The notes: generated from the sequence alone by a model not told the origin. 64,000 nucleotides of DNA from an uncultured Clostridium sp. (GCA_900554365.1 USGY01000002.1:54136-118135), one strand, 5' to 3'. Positions 37,924 to 47,522 are shown, numbered from the stretch's first letter. A program made the numbers and translations.

Positions 37924-37972
37924 AAAAAGCAAAATAATTCTGTAATATATAATTACTATTATTTTGCTTTTC
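37924..37972. repeat. AT-rich long-stem hairpin repeat (family member 3 of 3)
   Basis: AAAAAGCAAAATAAT-loop-ATTATTTTGCTTTTC, between the Fic and helicase genes. Confidence 0.55.
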
Positions 37973-37978
37973 TTTAGT

Positions 37979-38914
37979 TTATTTATTTCCAATATAATAT
38001 TTTATCATTTCTGTGTATTGATCTTGTGCATTTAAACAAGTATCTATTAAATAACCTTTTTCTTTATTAGTTTGATATTGATTTAATCCCCTATAGTAGA
38101 ATAATTTATCTTTATCTAAAATAATAAATGGTACAATATTATTTTTTAAACATTCTTTAAATGCGATTATTCTACCAACTCTTCCGTTGCCATCTTGAAA
38201 TGGATGTATCTTTTCAAATTTAGCATGAAATTCTATTATTTCATTTATTGTTTTTTGTTTTAAAGATTCATACCATTCTAATAATTTTTTCATATCTCTT
38301 TCAACATTTTTAGGCTCTGTAGTTTTTAGCCCTCCAACCTCATTCGGTAATTTTTTATAATCTCCAACTATAAACCAATCTTTCCTGCTATCTGACGTTC
38401 CCTCTTTTAATATTTTGTGAAATTCTTTTATCATTTTTTCTGTTAGTTTTTTATCTGCTATTTCTAACATATAATCAACTAATTTAAAATGATTAGCAGT
38501 TTCTAACACATCATCTAAATCTGTTACTGAGTCTTTTTCTGCTAATAATGTGTTAGTTTCATAAATATATCTAGTCTGATCTTCTGTAAGTTTACTTCCC
38601 TCAATATGATTAGTATTATATGCAAAAGTTATTTGAGTATTATGATATAAATTACCTTTTAGTTTCATTTTTTTTTGTTCTCTTAATACTTCTAAAATAT
38701 TTATTCTTGATATATCAAAAGTATCTTCTTTTATCAATTCATCTACTGATACTTCAAACAAGTCAGCTAATTTCTTTAATGATTCTATATTAGGTTCTAA
38801 AGTTCCAGCTTCATATTTGGAAATAGTTGCTGCTTTTACTCCTAATGTTTCTGCAACTTCATTTTGAGTCATTTTTTTATTTTCTCTATATAATTTTATC
38901 TTTTCTCCTAACAT
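37979..38914 (-). CDS. HTH (XRE-family) plus Fic/Doc-family protein (putative AMPylase or toxin-like)
   Basis: It has an N-terminal Cro/C1-type HTH (KMTQNEVAETLGVKAATISKYE) and the Fic motif HPFQDGNGRVGR. Confidence 0.8.
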   Translation of the reverse strand: MLGEKIKLYRENKKMTQNEVAETLGVKAATISKYEAGTLEPNIESLKKLADLFEVSVDELIKEDTFDISRINILEVLREQKKMKLKGNLYHNTQITFAYNTNHIEGSKLTEDQTRYIYETNTLLAEKDSVTDLDDVLETANHFKLVDYMLEIADKKLTEKMIKEFHKILKEGTSDSRKDWFIVGDYKKLPNEVGGLKTTEPKNVERDMKKLLEWYESLKQKTINEIIEFHAKFEKIHPFQDGNGRVGRIIAFKECLKNNIVPFIILDKDKLFYYRGLNQYQTNKEKGYLIDTCLNAQDQYTEMIKYYIGNK

Positions 38915-39023
38915 AATAAAAACTCTCCTTTTTGATTATAATAATATTATATCATATTATTTCCGAAAAAGAAAGTTTTTATTTATGTTTTGTGTAATTA
39001 TTTCCAAAAAGGAATTTGTTTTA

Positions 39024-39857
39024 TTATTCTTTATTCATATTTTCTTTTAAAGTTTTTCCATCTCTATTTTTCCATTGTGTTAATCCATTTGAATTTCTGC
39101 CTAATACCATAGCTGCTGCAGTAGATGGTGAAGAAAATATTATATCTTTTAGAAATACCCCTTGGTCTACTATTTTTTGATTTCTTAATTCATTCCATTT
39201 ATTTCTTAAAGACTGACTACTAGCTTTTTTAAACTCTTCACTACTTTGTGAACCTTTAAAAACTATAAATCCCTCTTCTGATTGAGCACCAGACGCTTTT
39301 AATCCAATAGAATTAATATAATAAATTTCTTCTTCTTTAACTTCTTGTTGCGTTAGAATCTTATCAAAAATACGATATCCATATACTGAAGTTAACAATA
39401 CTATTTTTTCATAAAATTTCACTGCTCTTATTTCATCTGCACCATCTAAAGAAGATTTTGTTGGTTCTGTATCATTATCAATAATAAATCTTTCAACTTC
39501 TTTTGCTTTTGTATATAGCATATTTTCAATAAATTTTATATGTGCTTTATTTAAAGAATTATTTTGACTAACAAATACTAAACAATCATTCCAAAAATCT
39601 TTTGTTTTATTATGTTGTAATAGTCTTTTATATATGTTTTCTGCCTCACCTATATATGCTCTATTTTCTCCTGTTTCTTCATCAACACCAAATAAAATAT
39701 ATACCCCTGTGTTTTCTATATTTTTAAGCTCTTTTGATTCGTTTAACCTATTTCTAGGAATCTTATAACTTACTCCTATCCATTCATCTAAATTGCACTG
39801 TACTATTCCAGTTGGCATTCCATTTCTTAATATCATTGTAATTACACTTGTTTCCAT
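39024..39857 (-). CDS. GIY-YIG nuclease family protein with a DUF4357-like C-terminal domain
   Basis: The GIY-YIG core is GVYILFG...RAYIGEAENIYKRL. It lies immediately downstream of the R-M-S gene. Confidence 0.6.
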   Translation of the reverse strand: METSVITMILRNGMPTGIVQCNLDEWIGVSYKIPRNRLNESKELKNIENTGVYILFGVDEETGENRAYIGEAENIYKRLLQHNKTKDFWNDCLVFVSQNNSLNKAHIKFIENMLYTKAKEVERFIIDNDTEPTKSSLDGADEIRAVKFYEKIVLLTSVYGYRIFDKILTQQEVKEEEIYYINSIGLKASGAQSEEGFIVFKGSQSSEEFKKASSQSLRNKWNELRNQKIVDQGVFLKDIIFSSPSTAAAMVLGRNSNGLTQWKNRDGKTLKENMNKE

Positions 39858-39872
39858 ATATTTTCCTCGCTT

Positions 39873-42800
39873 TTAATTGCATATTGTTTTTATATTTTCT
39901 TCCATATCTTCATCAAGTTTCAAGATTTCTTTTTCGCATCTTGATATTTTATCATTTATTATCGAAATATCTTTTACAAATTTTTCTTGTTCATCATAAT
40001 TAACAACAGGGATCTTAACTTCCTTAATTTTATTTAGATGAAGATTAGGAACACCCATACCAATAACTTTATTTAAAAATTCATTTCTAATCGTTTCTGA
40101 ATTTATCACTTCTAAAACATATTCTGGCAAAATATTATTTTTAGTTCTTAATACTGCTAAACTAACGTAAACATCAAATGGAATATCTCTATCAACTATT
40201 GCTGCATATCCTATTGTACCATTTTTAGCTATTAGAATATCATTTAATTTAGGCGAAATTCTTTTAGAAAGCTTCTCATGTAACTGATTTGATACATATT
40301 TTATATTATCCCAATCTATTTTTTTATTTATTACATTTGTCGCTGATAAAAAAGGAATTCCATTTTTAGTATATTCAGGAGTATTATGTGTTCCGTCAGT
40401 AATTAATTCGCATATTTCATCTAATGTATTATATGTCTTTGTATTAAATGTTGAATTTATCAATTTATTCTTTTCATTAAAATAATCTTTTATTTTTTCT
40501 TCTATATTTTTCTTTTGCTCTTGGATTTCATTAGCTCTTTTAGTAAATTTATCTTGTATGTTGGTAGGAGGTACAGGAATTAATATATTCTTTAAGTTTT
40601 CTTGATTTATCCCTCCTATTCCAGCACCATTTACGTTTGCTTTTAATATTTCTTGTCCTTTCTTTGATCCAAGTATATAAAATAAATAGTCCTGAGAAAC
40701 ATTTTGATTAGTTCTTATAATATAAACATGTTCATTTGCTAACATTTCCTCATTAATTTTATTTGGTATTTTACAAATCTTCCCTGACAAAGCACCATCC
40801 TTACATATTAGTATATCTCCACCATTAATTTTACCTGTATTTGCTTTGTCATAAAAATCCTTTGGTACATATTTTTTATTTTTTAAATCAAGTTTTTGAT
40901 TTAATCCAATATGTTCCCCACCAATAGATATAATCCCTGTTTTATATTTTGACACTCCGCCTCTTGGTCTATCTCCAACTTCTATTGTATCTAATAAATT
41001 TCCTAGTTTCATATTTGAATAGTTACTGTTAAATTTTATTTTTTTTTTGTTTATTAAAGAAATGCTTTTATCAAAAATAACTTTTGTAAAATCCAATAAA
41101 TCAGTGGTTTTTACTATTTTTATATTTTTACTAATTTCTTCTTTAATATCAATTTGCTTATTTAATAATGCATTTTTTACATAATAATTTGCTTTTAAAC
41201 TATTATCATCACAATTATCATCGTATAAACTTGTTACATGATTACCTTTTTCGTCTCTATATATCTTTATTCCTTCTGATCCTCTTCTATTGCTAAACTC
41301 ATATCCTAGAAAATCTTTCTCATCTTGTTTTTGTTTAGATTTTACTTTTATGATAGTAGTCATATCGTTGCACATCAAAATGTAATTAAATAATTTTTCT
41401 CTCTCAGTAGATATAATTGTATTTACAATAAGTTCATCAATATCAATTCTATCTAGACTTTTCTTTGATTTTAGTATAGTATTTATTACATGATTTTTAT
41501 ATTCTTTATAAAAATTATGTTTTAAAATATTTTTATTTGGAATTTTTCTGAATATTGATAAATAATCTGTAATATCAATATTTTCATAAACATCCTCTAA
41601 ATACTTGCTAACAATACTTGTTATTCCGTTAATAGTAAAATCTTGTGGATTATCAATAAAATTATTTAATGCATATTCTATATTTTTGTGAAAAATATCT
41701 TCCCTTCGTTCTAAAAATAAAGTCACTGTATTAGTTCCTGTAGCCATAAATGTATTTGAACCAAATTCAGTAATAGCTGCTACTCTAAAATACTTAAATA
41801 GTAATTCTCTAGTTGGAATATATATTCCAGAATTTGTCAGAATTGAAATAGGCAATATAATTCCAGCAATTCCCCCTGGTTTTAATAATTGTTTTGTTCT
41901 TTCTATAAATAAACATTCTATTTCAGAACTATCATCTGTTAAATATTTATATAGTTCAAAACTATCTTTTCCATTCTCTAGAGTATTTTTGAATGAAGAT
42001 ACCGAATAAGGTGGATTAGCTATTACAATATCAAATTGTTTATTATCTTGGTGGTTTTCTTTACTATATTCTTTAAGTATTCCCTTATAATCTTTTGATT
42101 TTTCAAAATTATCTAATCCATTTGCCCTTATAATATTAGCATCACCATCTCCATTTAAAAATGAACTTACTTTTGTTGTTTTTACTAATCTATAATCTGC
42201 TTCTATTCCATATACACAATCATTAGCCCACTTAAACTCTCCTTGTTTCCATAGGTTAATATTATCTTTTGCTTCTCTTCTAATGTTAGTTGAATCATAC
42301 TTTGAAATAACTTTTTGTAACTCGTCCATATATTCTGTTAGGAAATGTCCACTGCCAGAAGCATAATCAATAGCAATCGGTAAAATATTATTTTCATCAT
42401 TATTAATTTTTTTGTCTATTATTTCTTTTATAGGAATTGATGAAATAATAAATTTTGCAATGGGTACAGGTGTAAAAAACTGACCAGCTTCCTGTTTTAT
42501 ACTTGTATTCAATAATAGTTCAAAAAAATCTCCAAGAAATTGTTGTTTATGTGAATATCTAAATTGATATGGTTGCAATAATTCTACAATTTCTTTAACT
42601 ACAATTCCATTCATTTTAAAAGACTGTTCATTATATACTTCTTTAAATGCAAATTCTGGATTTTTTTGTAGTCTCAATTTTTGAAACATCTCTTCAATTT
42701 GATTTTTAGTGTTTTCCTCATGAATATTTGCTAATTTATTTTTTAAATCCTCTTCTGAATAATCTGTAACTTCTATTTCAAGAAATTTTTTCATTCCTCG

Positions 42801-43682
42801 TTTATATAAATTATTAAGCCTTCCTTGTAATTTTTCATCTGTATCATCTTCACGCCATTGAAAATCAACTTCTTCTTCATCTCTTTTATCTTCATCTATT
42901 ATTTTGCATATAAATAAATTTAATATCTTATTAAATGCATTTGGCTTGTCTGAAACCGCATTATGCCTTAAAATTTCTGCAAATTGGTTAAAAATTCTTC
43001 CACTATCATCTTGACTTAGTTCTTTTAGCTGTCCTCTTCTTAAGGATTTATTCTCAAAATCATAACAATTTACCCATTCCTCAAAAATACCATTATCGTA
43101 AAAATTTTTATTCCAATAATCATAAATTTCTTTTTGATTATTAAGTTCATTCCATATCTTATCTACTTTAACAATTGCATTTTTGTATTCTATTTTCTCA
43201 TTTATTAATTTAGAAGTATATAGGCATAAATATTCAGCTGATTTATCTTGAATATAATAAGAAAAAAGTTGTCCCCCGTAATTTAACATTCTTTTCTGTT
43301 CTTTTTTATATTCTTCGCCCCATGTTTTACATTCAATCATTATATATGCTTTATTATCTTTAAAAATTAGAATATCTAATTTTCCTTTTTCTTTTCTTCC
43401 AAGTGGAAATTTGTGTTCTAAAGATAAATCTTCAGGATTATATCCCTTTTCCAATATTCTATCTATACACTCTAAAACAACAAAATTTTCTGAATTTTCA
43501 AAATTACTAGTAGTTAGATCTCCTATTTTGATCAAATTTCCATAATTTATTTTTTGTTCTTCGAAATTAATATTTATAATATATCCATTATAGTTTTTTT
43601 CAAAAATGTCTTTAACCCCATCTTTAGGATAATAATTTAATTTTAATAACAATTTTTTTATTTGTTCATTAGATATCTTCAT
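39873..43682 (-). CDS. Type IIB-like single-chain restriction-modification-specificity enzyme (PD-(D/E)xK nuclease + gamma-class N6-adenine MTase + two TRDs)
   Basis: The 1269-aa ORF has an N-terminal PD...D/ExK pattern (GKLDILIFKD...IMIECK), MTase motifs FFTPVPIAKFI (X/I region) and VIANPPYS (IV), and a C-terminal HsdS-like duplicated TRD (GDILICKDGALSGKI; ILIAKNGTIGYAAIV). The size and architecture resemble AloI/PpiI/CjeI. Confidence 0.8.
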   Translation of the reverse strand: MKISNEQIKKLLLKLNYYPKDGVKDIFEKNYNGYIININFEEQKINYGNLIKIGDLTTSNFENSENFVVLECIDRILEKGYNPEDLSLEHKFPLGRKEKGKLDILIFKDNKAYIMIECKTWGEEYKKEQKRMLNYGGQLFSYYIQDKSAEYLCLYTSKLINEKIEYKNAIVKVDKIWNELNNQKEIYDYWNKNFYDNGIFEEWVNCYDFENKSLRRGQLKELSQDDSGRIFNQFAEILRHNAVSDKPNAFNKILNLFICKIIDEDKRDEEEVDFQWREDDTDEKLQGRLNNLYKRGMKKFLEIEVTDYSEEDLKNKLANIHEENTKNQIEEMFQKLRLQKNPEFAFKEVYNEQSFKMNGIVVKEIVELLQPYQFRYSHKQQFLGDFFELLLNTSIKQEAGQFFTPVPIAKFIISSIPIKEIIDKKINNDENNILPIAIDYASGSGHFLTEYMDELQKVISKYDSTNIRREAKDNINLWKQGEFKWANDCVYGIEADYRLVKTTKVSSFLNGDGDANIIRANGLDNFEKSKDYKGILKEYSKENHQDNKQFDIVIANPPYSVSSFKNTLENGKDSFELYKYLTDDSSEIECLFIERTKQLLKPGGIAGIILPISILTNSGIYIPTRELLFKYFRVAAITEFGSNTFMATGTNTVTLFLERREDIFHKNIEYALNNFIDNPQDFTINGITSIVSKYLEDVYENIDITDYLSIFRKIPNKNILKHNFYKEYKNHVINTILKSKKSLDRIDIDELIVNTIISTEREKLFNYILMCNDMTTIIKVKSKQKQDEKDFLGYEFSNRRGSEGIKIYRDEKGNHVTSLYDDNCDDNSLKANYYVKNALLNKQIDIKEEISKNIKIVKTTDLLDFTKVIFDKSISLINKKKIKFNSNYSNMKLGNLLDTIEVGDRPRGGVSKYKTGIISIGGEHIGLNQKLDLKNKKYVPKDFYDKANTGKINGGDILICKDGALSGKICKIPNKINEEMLANEHVYIIRTNQNVSQDYLFYILGSKKGQEILKANVNGAGIGGINQENLKNILIPVPPTNIQDKFTKRANEIQEQKKNIEEKIKDYFNEKNKLINSTFNTKTYNTLDEICELITDGTHNTPEYTKNGIPFLSATNVINKKIDWDNIKYVSNQLHEKLSKRISPKLNDILIAKNGTIGYAAIVDRDIPFDVYVSLAVLRTKNNILPEYVLEVINSETIRNEFLNKVIGMGVPNLHLNKIKEVKIPVVNYDEQEKFVKDISIINDKISRCEKEILKLDEDMEENIKTICN

Positions 43683-43796
43683 TTTATTTCCCCCATGGCA
43701 TTATATCATAAAAATTTTTTTTTGCATAGCCCTTTTCGACATTTTTTTCAATCCTATAAATTACTTATCTCAAGCATATTTTCGCCATTTTAGTGC

Positions 43797-44420
43797 TTAA
43801 TTTCTTCCAAAAAATTCATCATATATGTAACCGTCTTTTATATACTTCTCTGTCAATTCCATTTTGTATTTTACTAATAGTTCTAAATACTTTTGTTTAA
43901 ATACATTTTTACAAAGCCATTCCACTCCTCCTTTTGAAATTATCACTTTATTATTTATTAAAAATTTATATTCACTCAATCCACAGTCACACAGTTTCTT
44001 AATTGCTTTTCTAACAGTAATATCTTTTCTATTAAAATACTTACATAATTGTTTTATATTCATATCTTCATTCCACCAATTTTCATCGTGATCCACCTTC
44101 AGAAATTCTTCATATAATTTAATTCTTGTTTCAAAAAAATCTACATCAGCATCAATTAATGATTTTTCTTTTTGAAAATATACTCGCTTTAACCATTCAT
44201 ATCCCTCTATTAAAATAAAATATTTTCTACTTCTAATTTTCTCACTTCTCCATCTACATGTTGGATGTTTTTTTACCATAACATCTACAGCTTTTCTTAA
44301 ATCCATATGAGTTATTTCTTTTCCATGTTTAGTTGTTATTCCTAATGAATGTAGTCTCTTTAAAATTTTGTTATAAGATAAGAAAATACTATCTAAAACT
44401 TGCTCTGAATCTCTTCTCAT
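43797..44420 (-). CDS. conserved phage/satellite-associated protein (paralog of 27458-28081)
   Basis: A 207-aa ORF about 75% identical to the element-A copy. Confidence 0.55.
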   Translation of the reverse strand: MRRDSEQVLDSIFLSYNKILKRLHSLGITTKHGKEITHMDLRKAVDVMVKKHPTCRWRSEKIRSRKYFILIEGYEWLKRVYFQKEKSLIDADVDFFETRIKLYEEFLKVDHDENWWNEDMNIKQLCKYFNRKDITVRKAIKKLCDCGLSEYKFLINNKVIISKGGVEWLCKNVFKQKYLELLVKYKMELTEKYIKDGYIYDEFFGRN

Positions 44421-44440
44421 TTTTTCATCACTTCCTTAAT

Positions 44441-44612
44441 ATAAAATTTATTAATGCTAGTTTACAAAGCATTAATAATTAGCAAAATTTATTTTGCTCG
44501 AATTTTAGGTAGTATTTTTTAGTACCTAATATTCGCCAGCCTGGTGTCTTGACACCTTTTTTGCTGTTTAGGGCAAAATGCCCTAAAACCTTTTTAGCTC
44601 TCCGAGGGATAT
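44441..44612 (-). promoter_or_regulatory. conserved structured noncoding leader, copy 2
   Basis: See copy 1. The same hairpins are preserved (TTAGGGCAAAATGCCCTAA, GGTGTCTTGACACC, AATGCT...AGCATT). Confidence 0.5.
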
Positions 44613-44751
44613 TTTTATTATAAAAATTAGGACAAATATGTACAAAAATTTATACTTTCTTGTCCTAATTTTTTCATTCATTTCTATTTACTTTTTTGAA
44701 AAAATCAATTATAATTTTTATATAAAATATTTAAAAAAGTTATCTTTTTAG

Positions 44752-45621
44752 TTAGTTATTGTTACCGCAATTACTAACTTTTTTCTTTTGAATTCTATGA
44801 TCTATATCATCAATCTTTACTAAATAGCACATCTCATATAGTCGAGAAATGATTGACTTTGCTGTTTCAATTTCTTCATTAATACTTAACCTTTTTACTA
44901 GAGAATTTTGATTATAATTTGTTGTTATAATTACTGGTAAATTATTTTCATATCTACTATTTATGATAGTAAATAATTTTTCTAATCCCCATTCACTTGG
45001 CTTTTCTTTCCCTAAATCATCTATAATTAATAGATCAACATTTTCATATAGTTTGATGATTTCCATCTCAGAAATACTATTATCTATTTCATATGAATTT
45101 CGTAATTCTGCTAATAAATTAATTAATGTTCCGTATATTACTGGTATTCCGTTTTCTATAAATTTATTTGCAATACTACATGCTAAATGTGTTTTACCCA
45201 CTCCATTATTTCCAACTAAAATGAGTCCTTTTTTCTCTATGTTATTTACTAATTTTTCACTATAATTTTTTAAATTATTAAATGCTTTCTTATTGCTATT
45301 ATTAATTTCAAAATTGTCAAATTTATAGATCAAGTTTCTTTTACTCATCTTACTGTTTTTTATAATTTTTTCAACTTTTCTCGAAAACTCTTGCATTAAT
45401 TCTAGCTTTTTTTCTTCTTCAATTATCCTTAACTTTTTCAGATCATATTCATTCCAATATTTCTGTGCATCCTTACATTTGCATCTTTCATAATCCAAAG
45501 TTATTACTCTCTTAGTACCATATAGTTCCCATTCTATTATTTTTCTGTGTAATTTATTTTTGCAATATTCACATTCAATGTAATCCCTTTTGTTAATCGA
45601 GGGTTTCAAAATTTGATTCAT
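44752..45621 (-). CDS. DnaC/IstB-like AAA+ helicase-loader ATPase (element B)
   Basis: Walker A GNNGVGKTHLA, Walker B LLIIDDLG, and an N-terminal CxxC. Confidence 0.8.
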   Translation of the reverse strand: MNQILKPSINKRDYIECEYCKNKLHRKIIEWELYGTKRVITLDYERCKCKDAQKYWNEYDLKKLRIIEEEKKLELMQEFSRKVEKIIKNSKMSKRNLIYKFDNFEINNSNKKAFNNLKNYSEKLVNNIEKKGLILVGNNGVGKTHLACSIANKFIENGIPVIYGTLINLLAELRNSYEIDNSISEMEIIKLYENVDLLIIDDLGKEKPSEWGLEKLFTIINSRYENNLPVIITTNYNQNSLVKRLSINEEIETAKSIISRLYEMCYLVKIDDIDHRIQKKKVSNCGNNN

Positions 45622-46063
45622 CTATTCTGCTCTCCTTTCTATTTTCTTCTTTTCTTGTCTTTTCTTCTGTAACTTTATTCAAACTTTTTTCAATTAAATT
45701 TTCTTCAACTACTTTATTTGATTTTCCAATTTTCTTTAGCTTTTCAGCACTTTGATACTTGCTCCAATTCTTTACGAAGTATGTATCATTTTTATAAATT
45801 AGCATTCCTAAATCGATAAATTTTTGTAAAATTTTCGTAAATGTTTTCGAAGATTTTCCAATAATATTTGTAAAATCTTTGATTTTAAATGGTGTATTAT
45901 CGCTAATATATAGTCCACCATCTCTGTTACATTCTCCAGCAATAGTTAAAATCTGAATCCATATTCTAAAATAGGTGTCCCCTTCCCTTTCTTTTAGTAG
46001 GATTTTAATTTTTCTATTTGAAAATATACTTGTATTTACTTTTATCCATCCAACTTGTCCCAT
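45593..46063 (-). CDS. phage replisome organizer N-terminal domain protein (element B)
   Basis: Paralog of 29227-29742. The start is trimmed to MGQVGWIKV to avoid overlapping xis. Confidence 0.6.
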   Translation of the reverse strand: MGQVGWIKVNTSIFSNRKIKILLKEREGDTYFRIWIQILTIAGECNRDGGLYISDNTPFKIKDFTNIIGKSSKTFTKILQKFIDLGMLIYKNDTYFVKNWSKYQSAEKLKKIGKSNKVVEENLIEKSLNKVTEEKTRKEENRKESRIDESNFETLD

Positions 46064-46077
46064 ATCCTCCCTTCTTT

Positions 46078-46293
46078 CTAGCAAGATTCTTCAATAGAAT
46101 CATTTTCTTTTTTGCTTAGATAAATATCTAAGGCTTCTTTTCTGAATAAAATTCTTTTCCCAACTCTAGAGCAAGGAATTTGTTTTCTTTTAACTAATTG
46201 CGTAATTAACCAATATGAAATTCCTAAATATTCTGCTGCTTCTTTTGCAGTTAGAGTTGTTCTTTTAATGTTATCTAGTGCCATTTCTTTCAC
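46078..46293 (-). CDS. xis: excisionase-family HTH DNA-binding protein (Xis-like, element B)
   Basis: The 71-aa ORF has LTAKEAAEYLGISYWLITQLVKRKQIPCSRVGKRILF. Confidence 0.7.
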   Translation of the reverse strand: MKEMALDNIKRTTLTAKEAAEYLGISYWLITQLVKRKQIPCSRVGKRILFRKEALDIYLSKKENDSIEESC

Positions 46294-46474
46294 CTCCTAA
46301 TATTTTTATAATTGTAGTTGACATATATAAATTATTATGGTATTATTTTGTCATACAATTATTATTTTTGTTTTTGATTGTATGGCTCTTTTATATAATA
46401 TTTTTCTGATATATGTAACCTTACAATTGAAAAAAGTTCAAAAATTTTTAATTTGTAGATATTAGGAGGTAAAG

Positions 46475-47470
46475 ATGTCACTATATAATATTGCTTTCGA
46501 TACTAATAATAAAACAGAATGTTTAAATCACTTTTCTATTAAGAAAAAGAAAGGATTTATATTCAAATCTGTAAATCGTTGTGAAATAAGACCTCTTGGT
46601 AGCATTCTTTTAGATTTTCTCAATATAGATATTGAAAACGGTGAAGATATGGTTAACTTTATAGCTAATTACTGTTTAGAGGATTTATTATTCAAATTGG
46701 CTAAAAAATCCAAATTAAATATATCTAAATATTATAAAAATGATAACTTTTACATAACAGAACAGGCATTATCAGACTTATTCTTTACCTTACAATCTGA
46801 ATATGAAGATGACTTTGAATTTTATCAAGATATATTTATTAATCTTATAACAAGTGAAAAAGAAAATATAAGCCCTAAAGAATTCGATAAAATCGAGGCT
46901 GATTTTAGAGCAGAATTTCCTGATTTATTTGAAGATGAATCTGCTAATTTTGATTTAATAAACTTAAGTTATAGGATAAATGATTTAACATTAGATTTTA
47001 CTATGGATGACTTTTACTATTTTCATAAAGAACTTAATCTGCCTAAAAGTATTCCATATTCTTTTAGAACTGATGATTATCTTAATGTGTTATTTATCTC
47101 ATATAAACAGTTATTGTCTTTAGATAGTAATATTAAGATAAAAAAATGTGCTAATTGTGGTAAATACTTTATTCCAAAAACTATGCATGATACTAAATAT
47201 TGCGATGAAATATTTAAAGATAATAAAACATGTAAAGAATTTGGTAGAGAACTAGCCTATAAAGAAAGTTTAGCGCAGAAGCCTATTCTTAAAGCTTATA
47301 GAAGTAGATATCAAACTCTTTCAAAGCAAGCATCTGAAAGAGAAAAACATGAAATGTATGAATATTTCAAAAAAGAAGGTCCTACAATTAGGAAAAAATT
47401 TATTGATGGAGAAATTACAGCAAAAGAATTTCAAGACTGGATTAATAGTACTAAAGTTAGGAAAAAATAA
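46475..47470 (+). CDS. conserved hypothetical protein with a C-terminal Cys4 zinc-ribbon (element B paralog)
   Basis: KKCANCGKYFI...YCDE...CKEFG. It lies immediately upstream of int. Confidence 0.45.
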   Translation: MSLYNIAFDTNNKTECLNHFSIKKKKGFIFKSVNRCEIRPLGSILLDFLNIDIENGEDMVNFIANYCLEDLLFKLAKKSKLNISKYYKNDNFYITEQALSDLFFTLQSEYEDDFEFYQDIFINLITSEKENISPKEFDKIEADFRAEFPDLFEDESANFDLINLSYRINDLTLDFTMDDFYYFHKELNLPKSIPYSFRTDDYLNVLFISYKQLLSLDSNIKIKKCANCGKYFIPKTMHDTKYCDEIFKDNKTCKEFGRELAYKESLAQKPILKAYRSRYQTLSKQASEREKHEMYEYFKKEGPTIRKKFIDGEITAKEFQDWINSTKVRKK

Positions 47471-47522
47471 TTTAATATATAAAATCCTTGCCATAGGTAT
47501 GCTGAAAGGAGGTGAAAAAGTA

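Noticed and set aside
47349-47522. Long 449-aa version of the element-B integrase ORF starting at 47349
   Set aside because: The extra 58 N-terminal codons overlap the end of the upstream gene. The element-A integrase and the shared RBS show the real start at 47523.
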